Below are positions 27,584-37,123 of a stretch of 64,000 nt of DNA, one piece after another. Both the position numbers and the translations under genes were made by a program. The notes under the pieces were generated by a model that worked only from the letters and a program-made list of their open reading frames with translations, was not told where the DNA came from and made no database searches. Source of the stretch: Sedimentisphaerales bacterium (GTDB lineage: Bacteria; Planctomycetota; Phycisphaerae; Sedimentisphaerales; Anaerobacaceae). How positions within the stretch are numbered: position 1 is the stretch's first letter; the number at the start of each line of letters is the position of its first letter. Where the stretch lies: assembly GCA_040772485.1 (NCBI GenBank), contig JAXGYC010000009.1, positions 192,001 to 256,000 on the forward strand. Reading direction: 5' to 3'.

Positions 27584-29597
27584 CGACGGCCAGGACCTTG
27601 AGGCGGTTCAGGCCGCCGACCTGCTTGTCGCCGGCGCAGTAGGCCAGGAGCATCCGATCCCGCACGAAGGCAATCGCGGTGTAGCAGTACCAGCCGTCGG
27701 GATTCGCTTCGATAACGCGCGATTCGCTCCAGGAGTCGCCCTCGTCCTTGCTGACGGCCAGGCACAGAGGCGTGCGTCGGCCCTTCGGATAGGGATGGCG
27801 GCCGGAATGATCGTTCCACACGCAGACCAGATCGCCCGTCCAGGGAATGCGTTCGATCGAAGCGGGGCTCAGCGGCGAGGCCAGGTCGGAAGGGCGGGGC
27901 TTTGACCACGTCTGGCCGCCGTCCTGCGAGCGGCAGATGTACTGGCTGCCGGCGTCGGTGCGGATGTACATCATCAGCCGCCCGTCCTTGAGTTCTACGA
28001 CGCCCGGCTCCTGCACGGTGATGCGCCGGCCGTCGGGGTCGTAGCCTTTGAACGTGTCCTTGCTGCGGCGCCATGTCCGCCCGTTGTCGTCGGACAGATA
28101 GCACATGATGATGCCGGCGCTGTCGCGCGGTCGGCCCGGCCCCTGATGCCAGGCGACGGGCAAGACGATCCGGCCGGAAGTCAGTTGGACGGCCCGGTCA
28201 TTATTCAGGACATAATAGCCCACTTCATCGGTGATGCAGTCGGTCGGTTCGCTCCAGGTCCGCATCTCGTCCGTCGAGACGCACATGACGGGCCGGCAGT
28301 CCTCCTGTGAGGTCTTGCGCAGGTAGAACAGGGCGATCTGGCCGCTTGCCATTCGCAGCAGCGAGACGGACATGACGTTCAGCCCGCCCGTCCGGCGGAC
28401 CGCCGTCTGGGGCTCGCTCCAGGTCTCGCCGCCGTCGGCGGAAGTGCGCATCACCAAGTCGGCGGCCGCATGGTCGCTCCCACCGCCGGTGAATCGCGTG
28501 TAGATCAGGCACAATCGCCCATCCTTCAGCTCGATGAGATCGCCTTCGGAGTGGCGCGGATACGCGGCGCTTGGCTCAATGATCAACAGCGGCTTCGTTT
28601 CTCCACGAAGCGCGTCCGGCGGGAACCAGCCCCGGAGAAACTCCTCGGCCGTTCCCTCGTACACGGCCTCGGCGAGGAATTCCTCGCCCCGCTGATTGCC
28701 CCAGGAGTAGTTGATGACCAACCGGCCTTCGTATTCGCAGAAATCGATATCGGAGTTGTTGATGTTCTCGGCCTTGGCGATGCGCTGCCGCTGCTCGGTG
28801 GTGAGCTTCGGATTGGCGATCTGCTTGTCCTCGCCCGACGCCTTCAGCACCGGATTCAGCGGGCTCGGCTCCCAATGGATCAGGTCCGGCGAGCGCACCA
28901 CGCGCATCTCGTACCCTTCGTGGGCTTCCAGGTAGAAATCGTAAAAGCAGCCGTCGAGGTAGCGCAGGCAATGAGGTGCGCTGTAGCGGTCCTTGGCGTA
29001 GACGCACTCGGGCGGTGTGACCTCCCAGGTCCGCAGGTCCTTCGAGGTGGCGAACCGGGCGGTGAAGGCCGTTCCGGCCTGGTCCTCGGGCTTGTGGATT
29101 TCGAACATCATCACGTACCCGTCCGGCGTCTTGCAGATCGACGTATTGCAGATCCCGAACCCCTCCAGATCCAGCGCCGTCCAGTGCTCCCACGTCTTCA
29201 GATCCTTCGATGCGAACATCTCCACGCGCTGGCCCGTCCACCCCTGCTCTGTGCTCGTCCCCGTCACGTAAACCGCGTCCCCGTCGACAAACGCACTGGA
29301 AAAGACACAGCCCCGCGCCAACGGCGCCGTCGCCTCGCCGGTCTGCACATCCACCAACCGCGTATAGTTCTCGCCCAGCTCGTTACCCTCATAGCTCGTC
29401 CGCACCCACTCGCTACGGTACAGTCTTCCCTGGAATACGACCGGCGTTGTCTCCACCAGATCGCAGTCAATCGTCCCCAGTTTCCGAATCAAAGGCCGAC
29501 CTTGACCATCCACCGGTCCACCCAACACCTGCCCGATCAGCATCGGTACCAACACTACCGCCACAACCCATTCTCTTCTCATCCGTTGTCTCTCCAT
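27570..29597 (-). CDS. Secreted two-domain glycosidase: N-terminal beta-propeller plus C-terminal BNR sialidase-like (GH33-like) domain
   Basis: Signal peptide; five Asp-boxes (TSADGGETW, STDEMRTW, SDDNGRTW, SQDGGQTW, SKDEGDSW); QEP, RTPL, YCY motifs. Confidence 0.8.
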   Translation of the reverse strand: MERQRMRREWVVAVVLVPMLIGQVLGGPVDGQGRPLIRKLGTIDCDLVETTPVVFQGRLYRSEWVRTSYEGNELGENYTRLVDVQTGEATAPLARGCVFSSAFVDGDAVYVTGTSTEQGWTGQRVEMFASKDLKTWEHWTALDLEGFGICNTSICKTPDGYVMMFEIHKPEDQAGTAFTARFATSKDLRTWEVTPPECVYAKDRYSAPHCLRYLDGCFYDFYLEAHEGYEMRVVRSPDLIHWEPSPLNPVLKASGEDKQIANPKLTTEQRQRIAKAENINNSDIDFCEYEGRLVINYSWGNQRGEEFLAEAVYEGTAEEFLRGWFPPDALRGETKPLLIIEPSAAYPRHSEGDLIELKDGRLCLIYTRFTGGGSDHAAADLVMRTSADGGETWSEPQTAVRRTGGLNVMSVSLLRMASGQIALFYLRKTSQEDCRPVMCVSTDEMRTWSEPTDCITDEVGYYVLNNDRAVQLTSGRIVLPVAWHQGPGRPRDSAGIIMCYLSDDNGRTWRRSKDTFKGYDPDGRRITVQEPGVVELKDGRLMMYIRTDAGSQYICRSQDGGQTWSKPRPSDLASPLSPASIERIPWTGDLVCVWNDHSGRHPYPKGRRTPLCLAVSKDEGDSWSESRVIEANPDGWYCYTAIAFVRDRMLLAYCAGDKQVGGLNRLKVLAVGRGE

Positions 29598-29623
29598 CGG
29601 CTTGTCATCAAAGCTTCGATGTT

Positions 29624-30898
29624 CTATGCACTCGGAACGATGGCCCCATGGTGGCGAAGCAGGTCCCGAATGTCTTCCAGGGGCACCTCAATCGGCGTGG
29701 TCTTCCGCTGCGCCGCCAGCGCGGCCGCAGCCCCGGCCGCTTGGCCCATGGCCATACACGAGGCCTGAACGCGAAGACCGGAATTGGCCAGACGGTCGCT
29801 CGAAACGCATCGACCGGCCGCCATGATGTTACGGCTTCCCTTCGGAACCAATGCCCTCAAGCCGATTGTCGGTACCGTGCCCCTGGCCAGAGGCTCGGGT
29901 TTGACCCCGCTTGGCGTGTGCAGATCCACGGGATAGAACGCGTAGCACACCGCGTCATCGAATACCCGACCGGACGTATAGTCCTCCACAGTGATCACGG
30001 TTTCCCCCCGGATGCGGTAGCTCTCACGATGTGCGGTCTCCGGCTGCATGTGTACCAGACGCGACGTGTCCTTCTGGCCACGCAGCTCCTTCAGAAGCAA
30101 CCTCCGCCCATCCAGGTTGGCCTCCGTCAAAGTGACCGAGGTCGACGAGTCCGCACCATGCACGTACAATTGCTCAAGTTGCCCACGACCCACAGGGTGT
30201 ACGCCCCCCAGCTTGTAGAGCAGCGAGCCGGGCTGCGTTTCGCTATCGCGAAGCCTGGGCAGGCCGAGCATCCCGACAACGCTGGCCCCGCCGGTACAGT
30301 CGATGATCTGTTGACACGTCACCCGGCGATATGTGCCCGGCCCCACGGTGTCCACCAGCCAACCATAGACTGTCTGCTCGACCGACAGCGGGGATTCGTA
30401 ATAAGCAACTGTAACGCCCGCCTCGACGCACGCTTCCTCTGCCAGAAGTGCGTAGACAAACTGGTTGACGCACACCTGATTCTGCCAATGACGCGCCGGG
30501 ACCTGGCTGAAGTCGGGCAGCGTCCCGTTGTCGAGTTCGACGGCTCGCTTCACCAGTTCCCAGCCGATTCCCGCGATGATCTGTTTGCCCCAGGCATCAA
30601 AAAGCCCCGGAAAAGACACACCGCCTGTTGTGGTGGTCCCCCCAAGCTGCGTGCCCCGCTCGACCAGGACCGTCTTGGCTCCCGCCCTGGCGGCCTGAAT
30701 CGCCGCGATGGTACCCGCCGTCCCGCCTCCGACCACCAGCACATCGGCCTCCGTCCTGACAGTCTCTTCCCTCTTGCCGGCACGTCGCGGCCGAGCACCG
30801 GAATCGGCCCCCAGCGCTGCACCGGATGAACCCGCCAGCGCGACACCGGCAACAGAGCGCCGCATGAATTGTCGTCTTCCCAGGTGACGGTCTTCCAT
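29624..30898 (-). CDS. Tat-exported FAD-dependent oxidoreductase
   Basis: GRRQFM Tat motif; DVLVVGGGTAG; IDCTG; RESYRIRG; AAGRCVS; MAMGQAAG. Confidence 0.85.
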   Translation of the reverse strand: MEDRHLGRRQFMRRSVAGVALAGSSGAALGADSGARPRRAGKREETVRTEADVLVVGGGTAGTIAAIQAARAGAKTVLVERGTQLGGTTTTGGVSFPGLFDAWGKQIIAGIGWELVKRAVELDNGTLPDFSQVPARHWQNQVCVNQFVYALLAEEACVEAGVTVAYYESPLSVEQTVYGWLVDTVGPGTYRRVTCQQIIDCTGGASVVGMLGLPRLRDSETQPGSLLYKLGGVHPVGRGQLEQLYVHGADSSTSVTLTEANLDGRRLLLKELRGQKDTSRLVHMQPETAHRESYRIRGETVITVEDYTSGRVFDDAVCYAFYPVDLHTPSGVKPEPLARGTVPTIGLRALVPKGSRNIMAAGRCVSSDRLANSGLRVQASCMAMGQAAGAAAALAAQRKTTPIEVPLEDIRDLLRHHGAIVPSA

Positions 30899-31166
30899 CT
30901 CTTCTCTCACGGTATTTGGCATTTCTTCCAGAGCCTCCCGGTCTCTTCGACACGGCCGCCACGTGCCCGATCCGGATGTGAATCTCGCTCACTGGACCAC
31001 TGTCTCATCCACGGACGCATCTCCACGTCGAACGCGTCGGCGTTGAAAGCCCTCCCTTCCCGCAAGTCCTTCTTGGCTCGCTCCAACCTCTACTCCACAC
31101 GCTCTTCTCATACGCCATTTTTCCTGTTGTCGCCATCAATCGTCGGGACGACCGCCCCACGCTGAT

Positions 31167-32045
31167 CTAGCCCACCGGATGCCCCGCCACCGGGCCCCGC
31201 TCGACACAGTCTTTCAGCCGGTCCCATTCCTCCAGGAAATCCCCCAGGTGCTCCTTGCCCCCTTCGCGAATCTCCGCGTCGATCATTTCCCGCACCAGCT
31301 CCTGCTCCTGTTCGTAATGCTCCGTACTGAAATGCCCCCCGAAATGCGCGACCCGCAGCCACACCAGGTACGTCGTCAGCGCGTCGAACTCGTTGTAAGC
31401 GATGATCTTGTCGAGGTGGCCGTCGAGCCACAGGGCCGCGACCTGCTCGCCGTCGACGTCCATCTTGCCGGGGATGCCGGAGAGCGTGGCGATCTCGTTG
31501 AGCGAAGGCGTCGCCTTGCCCCAGCCGGCGACGACCTCCTTGAGATCCACACTGGCTTCGCTGTTGCGGCTGTCGAAGTAGTCCTCGCCTTCCCACGGTT
31601 TGTTCGGGCGCTTGCAGAACTCCGGCATGGACAGGCCCAGGACGACGCCGCGCTGGATCAGCGCCTTCAGGTCGGCGCTGGCGGAGTTGAAGCCGACGAG
31701 CTGAGGTTTGTACTGCCCGGCTTTGCCCAGAAAGGTGCCCACCACGTGTCGCTCCTCGATCTGGGCGGGATCGTGACTGTCGCGCGGCAGCGACAGCAGG
31801 TGGAGCTTCACATCGTTGCCCGTCTGGTGCCGCTCGACCGCCGCGATGGATACGATCCGGCACAGCACCGTCTTGAGGTAAGGCGTCGGGTCCTCCTCCG
31901 TCGCGCCGCCTTTCTTCCACATGACCTCGACGACCTCCCTGTCGGGCATCTCCACCGGCAGTTTGTACAACAGCCGGCCCGCCAGCGGATCGGGAATCCA
32001 TTCGGCGTCGAACGCCCACACCCGGTTTTTCACACTCTTGAACAT
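31167..32045 (-). CDS. PolB-related DEDD 3'-5' exonuclease
   Basis: AFDAEW (ExoI), LVGFNSASADL (ExoII), YNEFDALTTY (ExoIII). Confidence 0.85.
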   Translation of the reverse strand: MFKSVKNRVWAFDAEWIPDPLAGRLLYKLPVEMPDREVVEVMWKKGGATEEDPTPYLKTVLCRIVSIAAVERHQTGNDVKLHLLSLPRDSHDPAQIEERHVVGTFLGKAGQYKPQLVGFNSASADLKALIQRGVVLGLSMPEFCKRPNKPWEGEDYFDSRNSEASVDLKEVVAGWGKATPSLNEIATLSGIPGKMDVDGEQVAALWLDGHLDKIIAYNEFDALTTYLVWLRVAHFGGHFSTEHYEQEQELVREMIDAEIREGGKEHLGDFLEEWDRLKDCVERGPVAGHPVG

Positions 32046-32248
32046 CGTCGCGCTCCTTCGCTGTCCTTTCGGACCTGGGTGACAGCCTCGTAGGGACACT
32101 ACCGCGTTGAAACCGCCACGGGACCGTTCTCAGGATGTCCAGGCTCATTATCATCGAGACGAGCGCGTGGGTCAATCCGCTTGGGCGATCTTCCGCCAGT
32201 TGCAGAAGGGTCAGGTTGCCTGCCGATGCGGATGGAACTGCCGACGTG

Positions 32249-32734
32249 TCAGGATGAAGCAGTGTGGCTCCTGGCGGTGCGCTCGGCGCGGTGTCTGCGG
32301 CTGGCAGGTAGAAACATCTCGATCAGTCCGGCCAGGGGGTCGATCACCATCCAGACCAGGAACGTCGTCCCCAGCGTGCCCAGGGCGATGCCAAACAGGA
32401 ACCGGCTCATCTGGCGGACCCCGATCATCCCCACGACGGCCGCCAGGGCGCCCAGCAGAGGCGCCGACACGTAGAGGCCCATGTAGCAGTTGCTGCTGGT
32501 CAGAGGATGCTCCTGTTCGATGTGCCCGGATCGGGCGACTCCTCGCAGCAGGGCGAAAAGGTAGAGGCCGATCACCAGGACGAGCAGCAGCGCCGAGTGG
32601 CCCGAGAACGAGAAGATCGTCCGCCAGCGGAATCCTGCCTGGTACAACCCCATCACCAGAAGATAGCCGACGCACAAGGTGAACCAGAGCATTGCGATCA
32701 GATGCAGCCGGCTCAGTGTCTTCCTCGCCGTCAT
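32249..32734 (-). CDS. Hypothetical 4-TM membrane protein
   Basis: GAGGAG RBS; four hydrophobic segments. Confidence 0.65.
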   Translation of the reverse strand: MTARKTLSRLHLIAMLWFTLCVGYLLVMGLYQAGFRWRTIFSFSGHSALLLVLVIGLYLFALLRGVARSGHIEQEHPLTSSNCYMGLYVSAPLLGALAAVVGMIGVRQMSRFLFGIALGTLGTTFLVWMVIDPLAGLIEMFLPASRRHRAERTARSHTASS

Positions 32735-32961
32735 GGTCTGCTCCTCAACCTCCCCCGGTCTTGCGGACCGACGCCGCAACGCCGATGCCACCGAAGCACG
32801 CCCTCCTCTGCGAATACTCCTCCCTCATGCGGCTCGCTCCGATTCAATCCGTACAAACACGCATTCTCATCGTCCGAAACCTCCTCTCGGAGCCGGGACG
32901 GAACGTCCGCTCCGCCGGCCTGGACGTTGCCTTTGGGGCCGCCCTTTGGCGACGGTTGTGG

Positions 32962-34806
32962 TCACTGCTCGGCGAGCCAACCAAGGATTCTGGTCACCAG
33001 ATCCTGACGGGTTGCTTCGCGAACGATGACATATGGACATATGCCGAGAATGACGGTCCGGCGGCCGTTCGCCGTGGACCGGACACCGAAAATGGTGTCC
33101 TTGGCCTCGATCCAAAAGGTCATGCCGTTGTATTTCCTGAAGCCCTCCTGCTCGAAATGCATGATCGGGAAGACATTCGCGGGATCGATGATGCGGACCA
33201 TGTTGACGTAGTACATCAACAGGCGGCCTTCGATATGACGTTCCAGCTCACCCGTGATCACATCCCCTTGCTGACCCTCGATCCAGATGCTGTAGGTGGA
33301 CCCTCGTGCCTCGAGGTTCCAGCCGATATACTCCAGGCCGAAGTAGCTGAGGTTGTTGGGGGAGACCAGGCTGCCGATCACGCCGTCGCCGCAGATGAAG
33401 TGGTTGACATTGCTGGTGCTCTTGATGGCGTCGACTTCCTCGGAAGACAGGCCGTCGGAGGGACCTTTGTTCCAGATCACCACCTTGACATTCGTCAATT
33501 CCTCTTGGAAGGTCAGATAGGTGCTCGGATCGAGAATCACGGTGTCGGCATACGCGGCGTGAGTGATGTAGGGCGCCATCGAGTAATCGGATCCGGTCTC
33601 GAGCAGCAGGTGCTCGATTTCCGTCGTGATTCCTGTAACCATTCGCGACCTGTTAACCGTCGGCGTCCCCTGCAACTGGAGGAGCACCTTGGCGTCTCCA
33701 ACTCCGAGTGTGGAGCCGATCTTCAAGGTCAGCGACATCTGCACGGAGGCGTTCGCGGCGACCACCAACTGGCCCGTGGCCGGATCGGCGCCGGATGCGA
33801 CGAGCGTCGTGCTGCCGCTGGCAAATCGCGCCGACCAATCGGCGGGCGTCCTGTCGGTGGTCGACAGCGTCACGGTGTAGGTTTGTTGCTTGTTGGTGGC
33901 GTTTTTCAGGGTGTAGCTGTTGGCCAGATCCGAGCCGGCGGGGAGAGCCTTCGTTGCGGGAACATCGGAGTTGATGATCTTGTTCAGCAGCGTGCCGTCT
34001 TTAACGGCCACGGCGCTGTTGATGATTTCCTTGTTGTCCTGAGCATCCGCCTGGAGGATTCCAACAAAATACACATTGTCGATGTTCCAGCGTGTGTCGA
34101 TCTGCGATTCGAATTCGTACTCGTAGAACGCACCTGCATCGACGGAGGACGGAAGACCCCCGGCGATACCCCAGGGACCGCCCAGCATGGCGCGCACCAC
34201 GCTCATGTGATGGTATCCAACGATCTTCGTCGGTTCGTTGTAGTAGGGGTCGTCTTCGTAGCCGGGACGGCCGGAGAGGTAGTTGGCCTGATCGTAGCCG
34301 GAACCGGTGCCCGTCACGTTATCTTCAACGATGTAAACGTTGAATCGCAGAGGGAAGTCCATGGATTCGACAATGTTCGCGAGAACGCGTATCTTCGCGG
34401 TCCGCGTGCTCCGGTTCAGCGTGTAGAAACAATCGACTTCCGCTTTGGCCTTCTGTTGCATCTGGAATTCGCAGCACGTTTTCCAGACGTCCCGATTCAA
34501 GAAGACTTCGCCGCCGAAATTCCGCCTGTTGATTGACGCTGTGGGGAATCCGGTCAGCCCCAGGGTCTCGCCGATCACCCACTGTTCGGCGATGGCCATG
34601 GCGTCGCCGTTGTGGAGCTTCGTTGCAATGACCTGATCGCCGTACAGCTCGACAATCTCATCGACCATCACGCTTCCATCGGGACACCAGCCGCACCACG
34701 CTCCCGTGTGTTGTTCCAGCAGGACATTCTTGATTTGTGCCGTTGTTGCGCCGGCCATTGCCGCGATCAGGGCCGTCGTCAGTACGAGCATTGAGCGCCT
34801 ACCCAT
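32962..34806 (-). CDS. Omp28-related secreted protein with thioredoxin-like CxxC domain
   Basis: AGGAGG RBS; signal peptide; VLLEQHTGAWCGWCPDG; GFPTASINR; YHHMSVVR. Confidence 0.8.
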   Translation of the reverse strand: MGRRSMLVLTTALIAAMAGATTAQIKNVLLEQHTGAWCGWCPDGSVMVDEIVELYGDQVIATKLHNGDAMAIAEQWVIGETLGLTGFPTASINRRNFGGEVFLNRDVWKTCCEFQMQQKAKAEVDCFYTLNRSTRTAKIRVLANIVESMDFPLRFNVYIVEDNVTGTGSGYDQANYLSGRPGYEDDPYYNEPTKIVGYHHMSVVRAMLGGPWGIAGGLPSSVDAGAFYEYEFESQIDTRWNIDNVYFVGILQADAQDNKEIINSAVAVKDGTLLNKIINSDVPATKALPAGSDLANSYTLKNATNKQQTYTVTLSTTDRTPADWSARFASGSTTLVASGADPATGQLVVAANASVQMSLTLKIGSTLGVGDAKVLLQLQGTPTVNRSRMVTGITTEIEHLLLETGSDYSMAPYITHAAYADTVILDPSTYLTFQEELTNVKVVIWNKGPSDGLSSEEVDAIKSTSNVNHFICGDGVIGSLVSPNNLSYFGLEYIGWNLEARGSTYSIWIEGQQGDVITGELERHIEGRLLMYYVNMVRIIDPANVFPIMHFEQEGFRKYNGMTFWIEAKDTIFGVRSTANGRRTVILGICPYVIVREATRQDLVTRILGWLAEQ

Positions 34807-35182
34807 GATACACCTCCTTCTGATGCACAAATGAGCGGAAGAAGCCGTACGGTGAAACCGCGTGCTTCCGTCACCGGACCTCCCGCGCTCCGGCAGGGCG
34901 ACCTGTTCTTCGGCCGGGACGCGCAACGACAATGAGAGTCCTCACTGTCTGTGCCATATCATAGCGGACTACGCGACTCCTTTTCTATTGGGGTAACTAC
35001 GTATTTTGGGCTGGGTCCCGCCGGACCGTTGCCGGCAAGCCGGAGACCCCGGACTGGAGCAACAGGCGGGGCGCGGAAGCCAAGCGGGCCAGCTCGTCCT
35101 GAAATGCACGGTATACGGCCGGATTGCCGATTCCATGTCGAAAGGCGCTACACCCACAATGACGTCGGCTCGAAAGCCCTTC

Positions 35183-35986
35183 TCAAGGCATGGGGCAGAC
35201 GCCTCCCGGGCACATCACAGGGGTGTAACCCAATTCACCGAAGACGCCCCTCTGGACGCCGTGCAGGTCCTCATTCCCGGGCGAGAGGGCCAGTTCGGTG
35301 TGGCGGGCGGTCGACTGCCACAGGTTCATATCCATCTTGGCGACCTCGAGAGTGCGAGGGTCCTTCCACTTGCGGTACTCGCTATGGCCGTCGGCGAAGG
35401 AGAAATTCGTTCCATCGGCGTGGCGAACCGTGACCTGGTCCCACCATCGTTCATCGTCATAGTAGACCGTCCAACTGTCCGGGCTGAGCCGGCCCTCGTC
35501 CAGAAACACGATCTGCACACTGGCATTGCGGACCTGGCTGCGCTGCCTCTTGATTTGCCCCTGCGCGCCGGGGATGTGGTAGTAACCGTTCATGGAATCG
35601 GGGATGGCATAGGTCACCACCTCACCGCGGACGCCGGTCGGGCATTTGTACAGCTTGATGTTCGGGCAGTAGCGATAGAGCAGCCCGTCCTTGATCCCCT
35701 GGATCCGCCGGTCTTCGGTGCTGTCGTTGCCCGGCCAGTAGACCCAGCAGGCTCCATCGCGGTTGTGGGCCCCCAGGGTGGTGTTGCCGCTGACGATCCG
35801 GTCGTCGTTGTCGTCCGCGTAGAGGTTCCAGGCGACAGCCATCTGTTTGACGTTGCCCAGGCAGACCGCCCGCTTGCCTTGCTCCCTGATTCGATGCAGG
35901 ACGGGCATGAGCAGGGCCATCAGAATGGCGATGACCGCGATGACGACGAGAAGCTCGATCAACGTGAAACCGTCCCTGCGGTCCAT
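35183..35986 (-). CDS. Prepilin-type N-terminal cleavage/methylation protein (H-X9-DG)
   Basis: [30 protein letters not shown]. Confidence 0.9.
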   Translation of the reverse strand: MDRRDGFTLIELLVVIAVIAILMALLMPVLHRIREQGKRAVCLGNVKQMAVAWNLYADDNDDRIVSGNTTLGAHNRDGACWVYWPGNDSTEDRRIQGIKDGLLYRYCPNIKLYKCPTGVRGEVVTYAIPDSMNGYYHIPGAQGQIKRQRSQVRNASVQIVFLDEGRLSPDSWTVYYDDERWWDQVTVRHADGTNFSFADGHSEYRKWKDPRTLEVAKMDMNLWQSTARHTELALSPGNEDLHGVQRGVFGELGYTPVMCPGGVCPMP

Positions 35987-36257
35987 GTATCTTGCCCTTT
36001 CGCCTCGGCGCAGCCTCTCGCTTGGTGCGCGCTTGCCTGCCCGGCGAACCCCGAAAGACTGGTCCGGCAGGTCTGTTTGGCCCTCCGACAGGCGCCGACG
36101 CACCCCCATCCGAGCTTCATCCGCCGCAAATGTCAATTGTGGTGACTACTTATTTTCCCGGAGGCAGCCCCGTAGCGGGTCAAGTGCTGCCCGGAGAGGC
36201 GAATGGGCCGGCCAGAGCGATCCTGGTCCGGGGGGAAAGATCCGGTTCTTCTCTTCG

Positions 36258-36998
36258 TCAGAGGGCCGGCCAGAGACTGTAGACGAAGACCGCCAGCAGG
36301 GCGCCGAGGATGGGGCCGACGATGGGGACCCAGCTATAGGCCCAGTCGCTCGTTCCCTTGTTCTTGATCGGCACGAGCTGGTGGATCAGGCGCGGTCCCA
36401 GGTCGCGCGCCGGATTGATGGCGTATCCCGTCGTTCCGCCGAGAGACAGCCCGATCCCCATCACCACCAGGGCGACGGGGATGGCGCCGAGGCAACCCAT
36501 GCCCACCTTGATCTCTTCGTTCCCGGAGGTGAACGTCGGGCAGGAGGCGTACAGCACGGCCAGCAGCAGCACGAAGGTGCCGATCACTTCGCACAGGACG
36601 TTCCGCAGGGGGTTGCGAATCGCCGGTCCCGTGGCGAAGGTGCCGAGGATCGTGGCCGGGTCGGTGCTGGCGTCGTAATGGTCCTTGTAGAACAGCCAGA
36701 CGAGGAACGCACCGGCCGCACCGCCGAGGAACTGGGCAGCGAGGAACAGCGGGACCTTGGCCACCGCGAACTTCCCGGCTGCTGCCAAACCGATTGTCAC
36801 CGCAGGGTTGATGTGCGCGCCGCTGAACTCGCCGGTGATGGCGACGGCGACGAAGACGGCCAGTCCCCATCCCATCGTGATCACGATCCAGCCGCCGGCG
36901 TTTCCTTTGGTGCCCTTCAGGCAGACGTTGGCAACGACGCCGTCACCGAGCAGAACCAGAATCATCGTCCCCATGAATTCCGCCACAAATTCGCTCAT
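36258..36998 (-). CDS. glpF: Glycerol uptake facilitator (MIP family)
   Basis: SGAHINPAVT and GYAINPARD NPA boxes; downstream of glpK. Confidence 0.93.
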   Translation of the reverse strand: MSEFVAEFMGTMILVLLGDGVVANVCLKGTKGNAGGWIVITMGWGLAVFVAVAITGEFSGAHINPAVTIGLAAAGKFAVAKVPLFLAAQFLGGAAGAFLVWLFYKDHYDASTDPATILGTFATGPAIRNPLRNVLCEVIGTFVLLLAVLYASCPTFTSGNEEIKVGMGCLGAIPVALVVMGIGLSLGGTTGYAINPARDLGPRLIHQLVPIKNKGTSDWAYSWVPIVGPILGALLAVFVYSLWPAL

Positions 36999-37026
36999 AC
37001 ACAAGTCTCCAATTCGGGCCAACCGA

Positions 37027-37123
37027 TTGGAATACTGGAATAGTGGAATGTTGGAATATTGGGCAGCGCGTCGGCGGCTCACTCATCATTCCATTATTCC
37101 ATCATTCCACCATTCCAACGTTC
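37027..37123. repeat. Inverted pair of 8-mer tandem repeats
   Basis: Four NTGGAATR units facing four YYATTCCA units. Confidence 0.85.

Noticed and set aside
37027..37123. CRISPR array
   Set aside because: 8-nt units with no spacers; no cas genes in the window
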